From positions 7,950,762 to 8,014,761 of the forward strand of contig NC_068992.1 in the NCBI RefSeq assembly GCF_001194135.2: a stretch of DNA of 64,000 bases, given 5' to 3'. Source of the DNA: Octopus bimaculoides (lineage: Eukaryota). The notes under the pieces were generated by a model. The model was not told the DNA's origin, did not search any database, and saw only the letters and a program-made list of their open reading frames with translations. Both the position numbers and the translations under genes were made by a program. This document shows, one piece after another, positions 1 to 13,330 of the stretch. The number at the start of each line of letters is the position of its first letter. Within the stretch, counting starts at the first letter, position 1.

Positions 1-212
1 GTTTAACGTCCGCTTTCCATGCTAGCATGGGTTGGACGATTTGACTGAGGACTGGTGAAACCGGATGGCAACACCAGGCTCCAGTCTGATTTGGCAGAGT
101 TTCTACAGCTGGATGCCCTTCCTAACGCCAACCACTCAGAGAGTGTAGTGGGTGCTTTTACGTGTCACCCGCACGAAAACGGCCACGCTCGAAATGGTGT
201 CTTTTATGTGCC
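1..212 (-). mobile_element. 3' part of RTE-tailed retroposon (hairpin units plus tail), cut by gap
   Basis: Near-identical to 28110-28415, 41160-41610 and 45597-46035 (ggaagggcatccagctgtagaaac...catgctagcatggaaagcggacgttaaac). Confidence 0.85.
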
Positions 213-660
213 NNNNNNNNNNNNNNNNNNNNNNNNNNNNNNNNNNNNNNNNNNNNNNNNNNNNNNNNNNNNNNNNNNNNNNNNNNNNNNNNNNNNNNNN
301 NNNNNNNNNNNNNNNNNNNNNNNNNNNNNNNNNNNNNNNNNNNNNNNNNNNNNNNNNNNNNNNNNNNNNNNNNNNNNNNNNNNNNNNNNNNNNNNNNNNN
401 NNNNNNNNNNNNNNNNNNNNNNNNNNNNNNNNNNNNNNNNNNNNNNNNNNNNNNNNNNNNNNNNNNNNNNNNNNNNNNNNNNNNNNNNNNNNNNNNNNNN
501 NNNNNNNNNNNNNNNNNNNNNNNNNNNNNNNNNNNNNNNNNNNNNNNNNNNNNNNNNNNNNNNNNNNNNNNNNNNNNNNNNNNNNNNNNNNNNNNNNNNN
601 NNNNNNNNNNNNNNNNNNNNNNNNNNNNNNNNNNNNNNNNNNNNNNNNNNNNNNNNNNNN
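213..660. other. Assembly gap (others: 2179-2394, 31598-32044, 43182-43454, 50311-50692, 53800-54430, 58807-58816)
   Basis: N-runs, mostly abutting (TA)n microsatellites or repeats. Confidence 1.
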
Positions 661-1030
661 GTCTCTCTTGCACGCCACAACTGATGCTTCTAATGTTCAG
701 CTTTTCTCTCAAGATACTTACACTCTGACGGGTATTCACATTGACATTACACATCCAACGGAGCATACTGGCTTCATTCCTTGCGAGCTTACGTATGTCC
801 TCAGCAGTTACAGCCCATGTTTCACTGCCATGTAGCATGGTTGTTCGTACGCATGCGTCATACAGTCTGCCTTTTACTCTGAGTGAGAGTCCCTTTGTCG
901 CCAGCAGGGGTAAGAGCTCTCTAAACTTTGCCCAGGCTATTCTTATTCTAGCAGCTACACTTTCAGCGCACCCACCCCCACTACTAACTTGGTCGCCCAG
1001 ATCTATCAAATCCACTTACATGGCTTCGGT
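661..1030 (-). mobile_element. RTE-clade LINE fragment, C-terminal to RT
   Basis: ORF LGDQVSSGGGCAESVAARIRIAWAKFRELLPLL...YDACVRTTMLHGSETW...MLRWMC is typical of the RTE region after the RT core. Confidence 0.85.
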
Positions 1031-1648
1031 CAACTCAAGGTTTATAGTATATGACATTTGCTCAAGGTGCCATGCAGTTGAACTGAACCTGGAACCATGT
1101 GGTTCACACAGCTATATCTGCACCTATTCTTACCACACAGCCATGCCTGCACATATGCTCACTGAATATATACAAAAGCCTATTGAATGGTGTTGTTTGC
1201 TTGCATTCTACTACAAAACAAAGTTTTGGGTATCTTGATAGTAAACAAAAGGCTCATTCAAACAGTGTTATTTGTTTTCAGTTCTCTGTACAATCATGTT
1301 TGGGTTTTTATGTTTGATAGATTGGGAGATAATTATCTTGCTTGGAAGAGCTGGAGGGGCTTGGCTTTAGGAAGGGCATCTAGCTGTAGAAAAACTGCCT
1401 TGATGTACACCTTACACCTGCCCAACCTATGCAAGCATGGAAATGTAGATGCTAAAATTATGATGACAACGATGGTATCATCACCACACACCCTTTTTCC
1501 ATACAAGCAAGAGTTGGATGGATTGACAGAAGCTGGTGAGCCAGAGGACTGATCCAAGTTCCAGTGTCTGTCTTGGTGTAGTTTCTACAGCTGGATGCTC
1601 TTCCTATCACCAACCATGATACAGAATGTACTGTATATATATACATAC

Positions 1649-1694
<46 letters not shown>

Positions 1695-2769
1695 TTATTT
1701 ATATATAAAACAGGCTTGACAATTGTCAAGTCCATTAACACCTTAGGGGCTTTGAGGTGCTGCAGCCATGCAACGTATCTTGGGCGAGAAAGTTTGGTGG
1801 AGCCCATCTCTTGCCAGGTTAAACTCATTTCTACAACTGAGTGGACTGGAGCATATTCATTTGTTTATTTTTACATCCATTTTTATATCCTAGCATGGGT
1901 TACATGCATGTCTTATTAAGGCATTGTTTTACAACCGGATGGCCTTCATGTTGCTAACATTTACCTACTTTTCAAGTAAATTCTCTCTTTTCCATGTCTT
2001 TGAAGTTGCAAAGCCAGTAGGTTATTTGCTGGTTGGAGAAATAACAATGTCACTCAACGATTTTTGGGGAAGCAGCATAAATAAACACGTGCGTAATACA
2101 AGCCAATGGCCATACCTGCACCTGTGTGTGTATGTTTGTTTGTATGTATGTATGTTATATATATATATATATATATATNNNNNNNNNNNNNNNNNNNNNN
2201 NNNNNNNNNNNNNNNNNNNNNNNNNNNNNNNNNNNNNNNNNNNNNNNNNNNNNNNNNNNNNNNNNNNNNNNNNNNNNNNNNNNNNNNNNNNNNNNNNNNN
2301 NNNNNNNNNNNNNNNNNNNNNNNNNNNNNNNNNNNNNNNNNNNNNNNNNNNNNNNNNNNNNNNNNNNNNNNNNNNNNNNNNNNNNNNNNNNNNNAAACAC
2401 ATACATGTGTGTGTATGTTCCTGTCTCCTTGAATATTAGCAGGATTGTTGTAAAAGTGCATCACTGTTGTAAAAGTACATGTTTCCAATCTCTGATGGAA
2501 ACGTGTCTGATCATGTGGAAATATTACCTTCTTGGAAGCAAGTGAAGGTTGGCAACAAGAAGGACACCTAGCCTTGAGAAAACTGCTTCAACAAATTCTG
2601 TCTGACCCATGTGAGCATGGAAACTTGCATATTAAAACTATGATGATCTTCATTATGATATATACATGCATAGACACACTTAATATATTATGTAGATTTA
2701 GACCTGATTATGGAATGGTCGGTTTGACCTTTCCTTTCAGATCCTGGAAAAGAGTTTAGAAAATCATCA

Positions 2770-4300
2770 TTCTCTCCATTTAAATTTTCCATGCTGTTGT
2801 CAAGGCTTTTCTGTTTACTTTTTCCTGGATCTGTCACAAAGAAATGGCCTTATTGATCATATTGTTTTCTAGCAGAATTTATTCTTCAATGTGAACCAAT
2901 CTATCGAGAAGAGTTTTTGCAAGAATTTTTCCAACAATGGAGCGATGACCAGATATGTGAATTTCTGTCATCTCTCCATTGTTCCCACAGTTTTCACACT
3001 TCGTTAATAATATTGTAATGGTATATTTTTCAAACCTTCAAGTACTTTAACATTTTCCTAGATACAGAGGATTTGGTGGTAAATCTTAGTTAAGTTGAAC
3101 ACCCCATTTCATAAGTTCTTTAGAATTCTATCTGGTTCTGCAGATTTACTGTTTCATTTCTTTGAGACTATCATTACCAAATTCTTGCAATGAAGATGAG
3201 ACATTCAGTTGTAGAGAAATAATTTGCTATAGGACATTGCCAGTACTTTTAAGTGGCACATTTGATGAATGATTGAATTTTTGAAATGTTTTTGCCATTT
3301 CTCCAGCATAGTATCTGTCTCAGAAATTTCTGTCTGCAGAAGTATTTGACTTGGCTCTCTTTTTTTTTTGGGCCCCAAAACCTTAGAAATTCGAAGTAGT
3401 CTCTTCATTGGTTCCTCTTTGCATAATCTTGTATTTCTATGGCTTCATTAACTCCCCATTGATTCTGCATAATTCTAAGTCTTTTGTTTCTGCTTTGATT
3501 TCGCTTGACTAAATTCTGTCTTTGATTTTAGAATTCTAATAAGTTTTGTCTCTGTAATTAAGAGATTTCATCAAACCAATTGGGTGAACCAAGATTTTCT
3601 TTTGTAGCATCAAGTATCAATAATTTAAAAAACTCCACTCTTCTTCAGCTGTGATTTCACAAACTGGTTGATTACAAAATCTTTTGTTGAAGGTGGTACA
3701 ATAATTGTTGCTAATATTGGAATTTGGAAGACATTTAACAATTAATTTCTTCCTCCCAGTTTTGAATGATTTATTTGAATTTTTTTATTTAATTGGTGAT
3801 CTGTACAACTATCATGAACAGATTGTATTGATCTACTCTGCTACACATCTGATAAGTCTTGTCTCCATGTGATGACAAAATCAATAAAAAGCCAATACTT
3901 AGAATGGTGATGCATCCATATAGTGGAAAACACTGCTAGTTACCATAAATTCAAAATCCGAATTAAGTTCCAGAAGTAGCAGCCCATGTTCATTGCATTT
4001 AAATACTCTCATTCCTTCCAGTATTTTGACCGTTATCTGTAGTTTCTTACAACATGAGAATTAAAGTTCAGGTAAGAAAAATTTTATCAATAGGATTAAT
4101 AAATAGGCTGTAGGATTTTTCACAATAATTCATAAGAAACATCAATATTTTCTTTATCATTCACACAAATTGAAACATTATCACTGAGGACTGAGAAAAG
4201 AGATTGTTAAAATATGGAATATCTTTTTCCCAAATTATTCTTATGTTGAAACCAACTCCATCTGTACACATCATCATCAGCTGACCTTCCTTTCTAAAAG
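2770..4300 (-). mobile_element. Highly decayed LINE (APE endonuclease to RT start), probably RTE/BovB-like
   Basis: Minus-strand remnants such as NEHGLLLLEL..FEFMVTSSVF near 3930-4000 (APE motif N.NG.LLL..C....L.ITNT.F); many stops; boundaries approximate. Confidence 0.55.
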
Positions 4301-4544
4301 ATGGGATGACCTCCAACATTCTCAATTAAGTTACTCTATCTAAAGATTCTCCTTTCATTTCATAATGTAGCATCTGTAATTGGAAATTTGAATTTCATGT
4401 GCATTAAAAGCTATTCATTCAGGTCTCAGATGTTTTAACCTATTTGCATTCAAACCAGCCCAAATATTCTACTTGTTTTATGTTCAAACTGGCCAGATCC
4501 TATAACTTGAAATTCTTGTCTGAATCCATTGTGTCCACAAGGTG

Positions 4545-5430
4545 TTAGAGAGAGTTCCAAGTGTAAAGTGCCTTGAAGGCACAGATCACGCCTTGATCCA
4601 TAGGCTGGATGAGGGAGGTGGTGTTAGCAGGGAGGAACTCGACTTGGACTCCCTCATAATTCAAATCCAAAGAGTGACCACCAGCATTATCCATAACAAG
4701 CAACATTTTGAATGCCATGCATACATTTTGGAAGTATTCCTTGGCTTGAGGGATGAAGCATTGGTGGAACCAATTCAAAGTTAGACTTCTGGTAATCCAG
4801 GCCTTGGGGTTGTGCATCCAGTGGACAGGCAGCAGATTTTCATTCTTATTTTTGAACGCCCTCAGGTTCGTGGACTTGTAGATAAGTCCTGGTTTCATCA
4901 TGAAACCAGCAGCATTGCCACACATAATTAGCACCACTCTGTCCTTCTCTGCCTGGGGCTCTGGGGCTCTTGTATATTTTGGAAGGCATCTTCTCTTAGA
5001 ACAAGCCACTCTCATCCATATTGAAAACCTGTTCCAGCTTGTATCCCTTGTCCTTGATGATCTGCCTGAAGGTCTCAAGGTACTTCTTGGCAGCTTCTTT
5101 GTCAACTGATGCTGTGTCTCCATGCAGGGAAACACGCTTTATTTTAAACTGTTTCCGAAAATAGTCAAATCATCCCTTGCTGACTTGAAAGTCTTTGGGA
5201 TCCTGTGCAGTCAATGGTCTTGGTTGCAGTTCTCCGATGCCTTCTGCTCCATCTCCTCTGTTGAACTGCTGGTATAATCTCTGTGCTTTCTCCAAGATGG
5301 TGTTACCACTCAAAGGAATGTTTTTCTTCTTGCAGTTACTGATCTACTTTTTTCCCCAGACATAGCATCAGTGACTACATTATCCATGCTTTGTATATTG
5401 GTAAGATGTGCTTTGACGGAGGTTTGGTTG
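4545..5430 (-). mobile_element. Tigger/pogo (DDE_1, CENP-B-like) transposase relic
   Basis: KDRVVLIMCGNAAG..KPGLIYKS..RAFK..LPVHW..NPKAWIT..LLVMDNAGGH..FLPANTTSLIQPMDQGVI.AFKALY; HTH-like remnants upstream; frameshifted. Confidence 0.9.
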
Positions 5431-5926
5431 TTATTTTTAGTTGGTTGAACCTCTATGCTGAGGTTCTTTGTCAGATGGTTCCTTATGATGAAACTACAGT
5501 GTATAACATGCTGCATGATAACATTATAAAAGTTAGTTAAATTATTTTAAAAAATTCAGACATTGTTTTATGTTTACATGGATGAGATGTCTGATATCTC
5601 TTTCTTTTTGAGGAAGATTTTGGCTGCTGGTTCTTGCAGTTCAAGTAATCATGTAGAGGCTCTCTTGTTGGTTTGTTGTAGTGTACTCTACTGTACTGTA
5701 ATTGTCTAGTCCCAGAATAGCCATAAAGAACCCATGAATTATCAAAAAATGTTTCAGCTGTGACTATGTCACCTTTATTTTTGGCATTTTGACAGCTGTT
5801 CACACTGTCACATGTCATTAAATAATCCTTTGTTTCTATCCTCCAAGAGAACCTGTTCACAGATTTTTCTCAAATTACACCTTATTATCTTAAAAAGAAA
5901 ATAAAAAAGAAGATACATTGACTAAT

Positions 5927-6205
5927 AGGTGTGGCTGTGTGGTAAGAGGTTTACTTCCCAACCACATGGTTCTGATTTCACTCCCACTGCATGGCACCTT
6001 GGGCAAGTTTCTTCTACTATAGCCTTGGGCTGACTAAAGCTTCATATATACGACTGGCTTCTTTCAGTTTCTGTCTACCAAATCCACTCACAAGGCTTTG
6101 GTCAACCTGAGGCTATAGCAGAAGACACTTGCTCAAGATGCCATGCAGTGGGACTGAACCCTGAACCATGTGGTTGGGAAGCAAGCTTATTACCATGTAG
6201 TCATG
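5927..6205. mobile_element. Two partial copies of tRNA/CORE-like SINE family A in inverted orientation
   Basis: + head ggctgtgtggtaag...gcaccttgggcaagt at 5927-6045, immediately followed by its reverse complement at about 6051-6205. Confidence 0.8.
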
Positions 6206-6699
6206 ACTGGAAGTCATAATTCAGATGCTAACATTTGGGCTGTACCAAAGGGCTATGTTTGAAACAAAATATTGAATAGTTGCAGCTGGAAAATAAGTCC
6301 TGGGGTCGATTTGTTCAGCTAAATCCTTTAAGGTAGTGCCCTGGCATGGCCACAGTCCAATGATGGAAGCAAATAAAAGATAGAAAAATCTGTGAAGATC
6401 CTCTTCATTAGATCCTCTTCATTAAATTCCCCACCTCCACCCTCAGTGATGTTGTTCCCTGATTCAGATTCCTAGATCAGAGGTTTCACTAAGCTGTGAT
6501 TAGTTAATCTATTAAAAGATGCCAAGCTAAGTTTAGTTGAATCATGGAAATAGCTAAAAAAAAAAAAAATGTATGTTGGCAAATTTCCATATATAGATGA
6601 CTGAATTTAATTTTGTCTGATAGAGCTATAATAAACAATGTTGTGTTTATACACTATTAATTGTGAACAGGGAAGTGAAAACATGTAAGACTGGATTAG

Positions 6700-6763
<64 letters not shown>

Positions 6764-7050
6764 GTGAGAGATTAGAGTTGGGATTAACTCCTGGTGGCTA
6801 GACAGGTTCTCTTCTACCAATCAGCTGTAGTTGTTGTATGTGAGGTGATGCTTTATTAACCTCTTAGCTGTAGACTCCAGTGAGCCTGTCGCATCTGAGG
6901 TACTTGCTCTTTATCAGTATTTGTCTTGTTATTCTTGTATATAACCCTAGGCCAGCTCCGATCCTGCTGTCCTATATTCAAAGAAGTTCTAGATGTAATC
7001 ACCCTGTCTTTATTTTTTTTTTAAAAGCATTTGGTCTTGGTCCCTCGTTT

Positions 7051-7117
<67 letters not shown>

Positions 7118-7699
7118 ATTTTGTGAAGAATCATTGTTACTGCTTAAAAGCAAAGGCCAACAGAATAAATGAGAGGAACGTTTTTTTTCTCTGCTTCTTT
7201 TAAATTTTAGTCATATTAACTGCATTGAATATGTTTACCCAAATATTAAGACTGGTTTTCTTCTTTTAAGAAGTCTATGATGACTTATGAATAATATAAT
7301 TATGATTGAGATGACTAATAATTAATCTTAGCTGTTGTTTTCATGTTCATTTTTTACAGTGGGGATAAGATCACAAAATACTATAATCAGCTTTGTGAGT
7401 TTAAATTGAAAGATGAATGTAGTTCATGTGTGTCTGTCACTTATAGTAGGTGGACGCATGGTCATGTGGTTGAGAAGTTTTCTTCACAATTATGTGGTTG
7501 CAGGTTTGATTTAACTAGATGAGTCTTTAAGCTTTTAGCGTTTTAACCAGCAATATCTGGCCTAAATATTCTATGCACCCCAAATTTCAATGTGGCCAGA
7601 TTCAACCTCTCACTGTTGCGCTACAATGTCATTCTAAAAATAGTCACATCATTGAAATGTCAGTACTATAAGATAATAATATATGATTAATCCAGAAGG

Positions 7700-7848
7700 C
7701 ATGGCTGTGTGGTAAGAAGCTCGCTTCCCAACCACATGATTCCAGGTTCAGTCCCACTGTATGGCACCTTGGACGAGTGACTTCTACTATAGCCTTGGGC
7801 TGACCAAAGCCTTGTGAGTGGATTTGGTAGATGGAAACTGAAAGAAGC

Positions 7849-7915
<67 letters not shown>

Positions 7916-8070
7916 ATATATATCTATGTGTCTATGTTTGTCCCCACCATCACCGTTTGACAACCAATGTTGGTGTGTTTACGTTCCTGTAACTTAGCAG
8001 TTCAGCAAAAGAGATCAATAGAATAAGTACTAGGCTTAAAAAAAAAAAAGTCCTGGGGTCATATGACTGA
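7700..8070 (+). mobile_element. SINE family A (tRNA head, CORE-like gcaccttgggcaagt, internal (TA)n)
   Basis: Colinear with intact copy 61915-62337. Further copies at about 10360-10740(-), 21050-21410(-), 32490-32640(+), 34290-34440(+), 35010-35390(-), 36130-36300(-), 49180-49400(-) and 53525-54605(-, across gap). Confidence 0.85.
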
Positions 8071-8701
8071 AATAAATAAAAGAATAAAAGGTAAAACTGA
8101 GTAAATAAACATTGTAGGGTTGGTGTAAGAGGCATGATCTGGACAGTTTGAACATAAAATAGGTAGAATATTTTGGCTGGATATGGCCGGTTTAAATGCT
8201 AAAAATGCTTAAAAACAAGTTATAATCACATCCACTGTTGAATATGAATCACCTAGTGAAAAATCAAAAAAACACCACAAAACCTTAAAACTTACTTGAG
8301 ATCTTCCTTTTCATTTTGCCTTCTTTGAAATATTGGTACATTCTACCTTCTCTTGTTGTTAGCTTCTTCCTACTTCTCACACCTCACATCACCGACTTCT
8401 GATCCTCTCATTTTAATCATTGTTTGTCAATTTCTGATTCTCTCATCTCACTTTCATTTCAGTTCCTTGCCATATACTTTCTTCCTGTCCTGGCAGCAGA
8501 ACTGACAAGACTGTTTTTCTCCTTTTCTGCATTCTCAGACTAAAGGCAAAGACCTCGAAACGTTCTAATATTTCTTCATTTTTCATCACAATTGCATTTA
8601 TGAGAAATCTATGAACTCTCCTGTTTCAAAACTATTAGTTAAATTCTTCACTTCTACCAATCCAAGTGTATCACTGACACACCCTTTGTTCAACAATTAT
8701 T

Positions 8702-8743
<42 letters not shown>

Positions 8744-10737
8744 CTATGTCTGTTCGTCTCTCTTTGGTTATTACTCATTGTTTATTTATAATATCCCAAG
8801 CTGTCTTGAACTTTAAAACTAAGGCATGTCGTTAGTTAGGTCACTAATGTATTAAGAATTGTAGGATTGTTATTGTTGTTTTTAAGTCCGAGGTTAGCTC
8901 AACGGAGCACATCTGTGACGGAAGGCATTCCAGCCATGATCACACTGTCATCTGAAGTATTGTCTATCTAGGGGTATATTTCAAGATGGTAGCCTGTAAT
9001 TTTAGAGATTCAGTTGTTATTTCTAGACTGTCAAGCGACCAGATAAACTTTTTTTTTTGCCTGAGATTGTAAGGTTTAATTAGGGGTCAGTCCAGATTGA
9101 GTAGTCTAGCATTAACCATCCCTTTATATTAGGAGTATGTATGGCTCTGTCATCTGATTTGTCCTTAATATAACACATTAGGGAGATTTGGTTGCTAGTT
9201 CTAACCATTCAAGTGACCACTTATATTATCCCTCATTGACTCAACTTTCTTATTTGTCAGGATTCTTGAGTAGTTTGTTTAGACTTTTGGTTGCTGTAGT
9301 GGAATTTTGAGCAATTGCTTCGAAGTTTCATCAGTGATCCGTAGTGGAGCTGATGCCCAATAAATTCATCTTTTACTCTTTTAATTGTTTCAGGCATTAG
9401 AACTGTAGCCAGGGTGACCTGGGGCAAACAACAGCAACAACAAACTTATAAAAAAACACAAAAAAATAAAACAAACAAACTGAAAAACCAACAAATCAGA
9501 GTCTATGACCTGTTTTTGAGTCATGACAAAAGCATGAACCTGAATTTATTTACTTACTTTGACTGAATTTTTATCAGCTGACTACAAAGGATATAAATAA
9601 AACACCCCTACTTTCAGTCCTGCTGCTTCTTCAACTGTCTCACTCCCTCCAATCTTGCTAACACCACACGTACAAGTCTAATATTTTTATTCATTGAGGT
9701 CCTCCTATGTTCATTGTATGATGTCATATTATCATGGGTGATAATCCACTATTGTTTCTGTCACTATTTAACTTCTCTTCCACTATACATTAATTTATGG
9801 AACTACTTTATTAATTGTTCTTGTCTTTTTTTTTTTTTATTTTTAACTTTTGCTTTATTATTTTGGTTATTTTTTAAAAATTTAAATATTAAATATAAGT
9901 TTTATATAGTAACTCACTTTCATCTGTCCCATTCATATTCTGTACTAATTAACTTTCATTCTTATCATCATTATATCTTCTCTTTTTCATTTTTTGTCCA
10001 AATTTTATTTTAAATATTTGAAAATAAAAATAAACTCATTGCTGTGGGTTAGTAAATTCACTTCTCAATCAAATGGATTTGAGTTCAATACCACTTTTAT
10101 TGAACCTTGGTCAAGTGTCTTTAACCATTGTCTTTGGGTTATGTCAACCATAGCCTTGTAAGTGGAATGTAGATGATGGAAACTATGTGGAAGTCTGCCA
10201 TATATTTTCCTGTTTTTGGTGTTTATGTATACACCAGTCTAGAAACCAGTGTTATTTAGAGAATGGTAAAATAAGATACTATAAGTCCTGCGGTTGAATC
10301 CAAACATGGCATCAGTGTTATGAGTAAAAGAATGACATATATGTTTTATCTTTTACTTGTTTCAATCATTAGACTGTGGCCATGCTGGGGCACCACCTTG
10401 AAGAACTTTTAATCAAATGATTCAACCCTAGTACTTATATTTGTTTTTGAACCTGATACTTATTCTGTTGGGGTCTTTTGCCAAGCCACTAAGTTATGGG
10501 GATGCAAACACACTAGCATTGATTGTCAAGCGGTGGTGGGGGACAAATACAGACACAAATCACACGCACACTCACACACAATGAGCTTCTTTCAGTTTCT
10601 GTCAACCAAATCCAGTCACAAGGCTTTGGTTGGCCTGACGCTATAGTGGAAGGCACTTGGCCATGGTGTCATGCAGTGGGACTGATCCTGAAACTATGAG
10701 GTTGGGAAGCATGATTTTACCACACAGCCGTGCCTGT

Positions 10738-10802
<65 letters not shown>

Positions 10803-10803
<1 letters not shown>

Positions 10804-11065
10804 AATGACTGGCATCTGCACCAGTGGAGCACTAACAGCACTGTCCGAGTGTGTTCATTGCCAGAGCAGCTATCTGGCTTCCGTGCTAGTGGCTCGTAAA
10901 TAGCACCATTTGAGCTTAATCGTTACCAGCGTTGCCTTCTAGCACTTGTGCTGGTGGCACGTTAGAAAATCACTCGAGCCAGGTCATTGCCAGTGCCACT
11001 GGACTGGCTCCCGTGCAGGTGACACGTAAAAAACACCTTTTTGAGCTTGGCCATTGCCAGTACCA
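10803..11065 (+). mobile_element. Hairpin-unit array of the RTE-tailed retroposon, no tail
   Basis: Several diverged ~60-bp units ttgccag...ctggc...gtgc..gtggcacgtaaa. Confidence 0.7.
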
Positions 11066-11117
11066 TGGAACACTTTTGCTCATAAGTTTGGTGGGTTAGA
11101 GCTGACCTGAAGCTTAA

Positions 11118-11336
11118 TCCTTTAACATTTAACCTGGCCATATCTGGCCCAAATATTCTACCAGTTTTATGTTCAAACTGGCCAAATCTGGCCTCTTACA
11201 CCTTTCTTGCTATGTCATTCTAAAATATACAATCACATCATTGAAATCTTAAAGCTATAAGATAATATATAATTAATTCAAAATTATGTGAATCAATAGG
11301 CATTACATTTGACGGAATAATCAGAATGTCAAAGGG
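11118..11336. mobile_element. piggyBac-type MITE
   Basis: TTAA at 11114-11117 and 11337-11340; imperfect TIR (t)cctttaacatt / aatgtcaaaggg. Related copies at about 4435-4510, 7530-7690 and 44690-44890. Confidence 0.65.
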
Positions 11337-11346
11337 TTAACAGCAA

Positions 11347-11421
11347 GGGACCAATTATGTAATCTGGGACCAATTATGTAATCTGGGACCAATTATGTAA
11401 TCTGGGACCAATTATGTAATC
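11347..11421. repeat. 19-bp minisatellite (gggaccaattatgtaatct) x~4
   Basis: Direct reading of perfect tandem units. Confidence 0.95.
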
Positions 11422-12919
11422 ATTTGACCTGTCAAACCTATCTAGACATCGATATCATTTTAAAAAAAAGGTGGAAAGGTAAGACGTATTGGATCATATA
11501 GTCCTAGATACATTATGCCTGACAACAAGGTGGGATGGTCACAGTTGAAATACTTTTCTCATTAACCTGCTAGATCAAAACTGACTTAAGATCACGAGGC
11601 ATTAAAAAAAAAAGTGACATTTGATAATGTACAGTCTTAGTTACACTGTTTGAAAATAAGTAGATTGGTCAGAGCTGAAATACTTTTGACTATAGAGCTG
11701 CTGATTCATGATTGGAGTAAAACAAAACACTTGGTTTTATGATTATATGACAATGTTAGGTGTTGACGTGTTTTGGTCATGTTTATGTTGATACACTAAC
11801 AAGGTTATTGCTGATGAAATAGACCTGTCACCAAGGTTATTTCAGCTTCCACATGTGGCCCTCCTGTGTTATTAGGTACAACATTTAATACTTAGCATGA
11901 CTATAAGTTTATTCAAGAAAGACATAAGTGGATAGTTTGACGGAAGATTTGGCTGTTAATTCCATCATAGAGGCTGTATGTGGTAGGGTAGGAATAACAG
12001 TTGCAGATAGGGTGGGGACAGTGTGTGTATGTGTGTAGCCTTGTTAGTTCGCAAAACACACTTGATAGTCTTAGCACAAGGTTTTTTTTTTTTTGTTAGT
12101 CAGATGGCTCATCAAAAACTAACTATTATATGTAAGATTAAGAGGGATTAAGTTCAGCTTTTAGTAAGAAGTAATATATTTTGGCTAGCAAACTGAAAGG
12201 TCACATGTATGTGACCTTTGACCTTTGCCTGTAATTACTATTTTTTCCCTCCTGATGTCAATTATACTGCTGACTAAACTCTACATGTGTGTGTGTTTGT
12301 GCACCTATATAATTAAGGCTAGTGGCTGACATTCTAAATTTTTTTTTTTCTGAGAAGTTATTATGATAGATCAATATGTGTGTGTGTGTGTTTAAGTGTT
12401 TACTTGTATCCATTTACTGTTACATGGCCTTTTCCCCTCATACTTCTCCTCCCATTTTCTCTTACTTTCTTTTCTCTCTTCAGTCCACTCCTTACAACTC
12501 GACTACAATAACTGCAATAGACTACAACATTGTTTTGCTTATTGTTGAATCACTCCATTTCTTTTCCCCCTCGTCTAATAATTAAATATCAAGGATTACT
12601 ACAGAGTATAAAACAACAGAAACTACAAAAAAAAAAAAAACCTAATTAAAAAAAAAAATTACTAGTATTTTTAATATTATCTCTGTATCTAAACTATCTA
12701 CCAATCTATTTACATACTTATTATCAGTAAAATGAGTGCTAGCATACTTAATGTTGTAAAGAAAGAAATTTGGATTTAAATTTTTCCATTAATGATGGGA
12801 ACAATCATTTCTAAATGGCTAATTCTAGTAAGAAAAAGAAACTTGCTAGGGAAGACAACTCTGAAATTTTAATGAATTAGATATGGAGTGTAAGGTAGAG
12901 GGAGTGTGATCTTTGATAG

Positions 12920-13330
12920 CATGATGATAATATGAGGTATGTTCAAAAATCATGTGACTTTACTTTTTCCTGCCAAGACTAATGTCACATGGGCAAAATC
13001 CTTTGGGTGGGAGGTGATGTCACTCTTCATGTGCATGCATGAAAATTTTCACACCTGCAGGCTGTGTCAGTTTGAAGCTGTTACATTTAGAGTGCAAACA
13101 TATGATGCTTGCTCATTGAATTCATAGGCAAAACTCAGATCAAGGAGTGATACAACCATTTCTAATATGGCCGCACTTCAGTGGAGAGCAAGGAATGCTC
13201 AGGCTGGCCATTCACAAGAGGAACTGATTGAGAAGGTTTGGTGAATTGTCATAAAAAACGGTTGTGTAACAATCCAGGAAATTGCTAATTTAAGATAGAC
13301 AGAAGTGATTTGAGAGAAATTTGGCTGTTA
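12920..13330 (+). mobile_element. Decayed mariner 5' end
   Basis: tatgagg..ttcaaaaa TIR-like start and EKVW*IVIKNGCVTIQEIA, resembling the mariner HTH (EKVREIV.ENRRVTI.EIA). Confidence 0.5.

Noticed and set aside
55-835. Long ORFs spanning N-runs (also near 2.0-2.5, 31.4-32.3, 43.0-43.6, 50.1-50.8 and 53.7-54.6 kb)
   Set aside because: Open only because N codons hide stops; flanks are microsatellites or SINEs.
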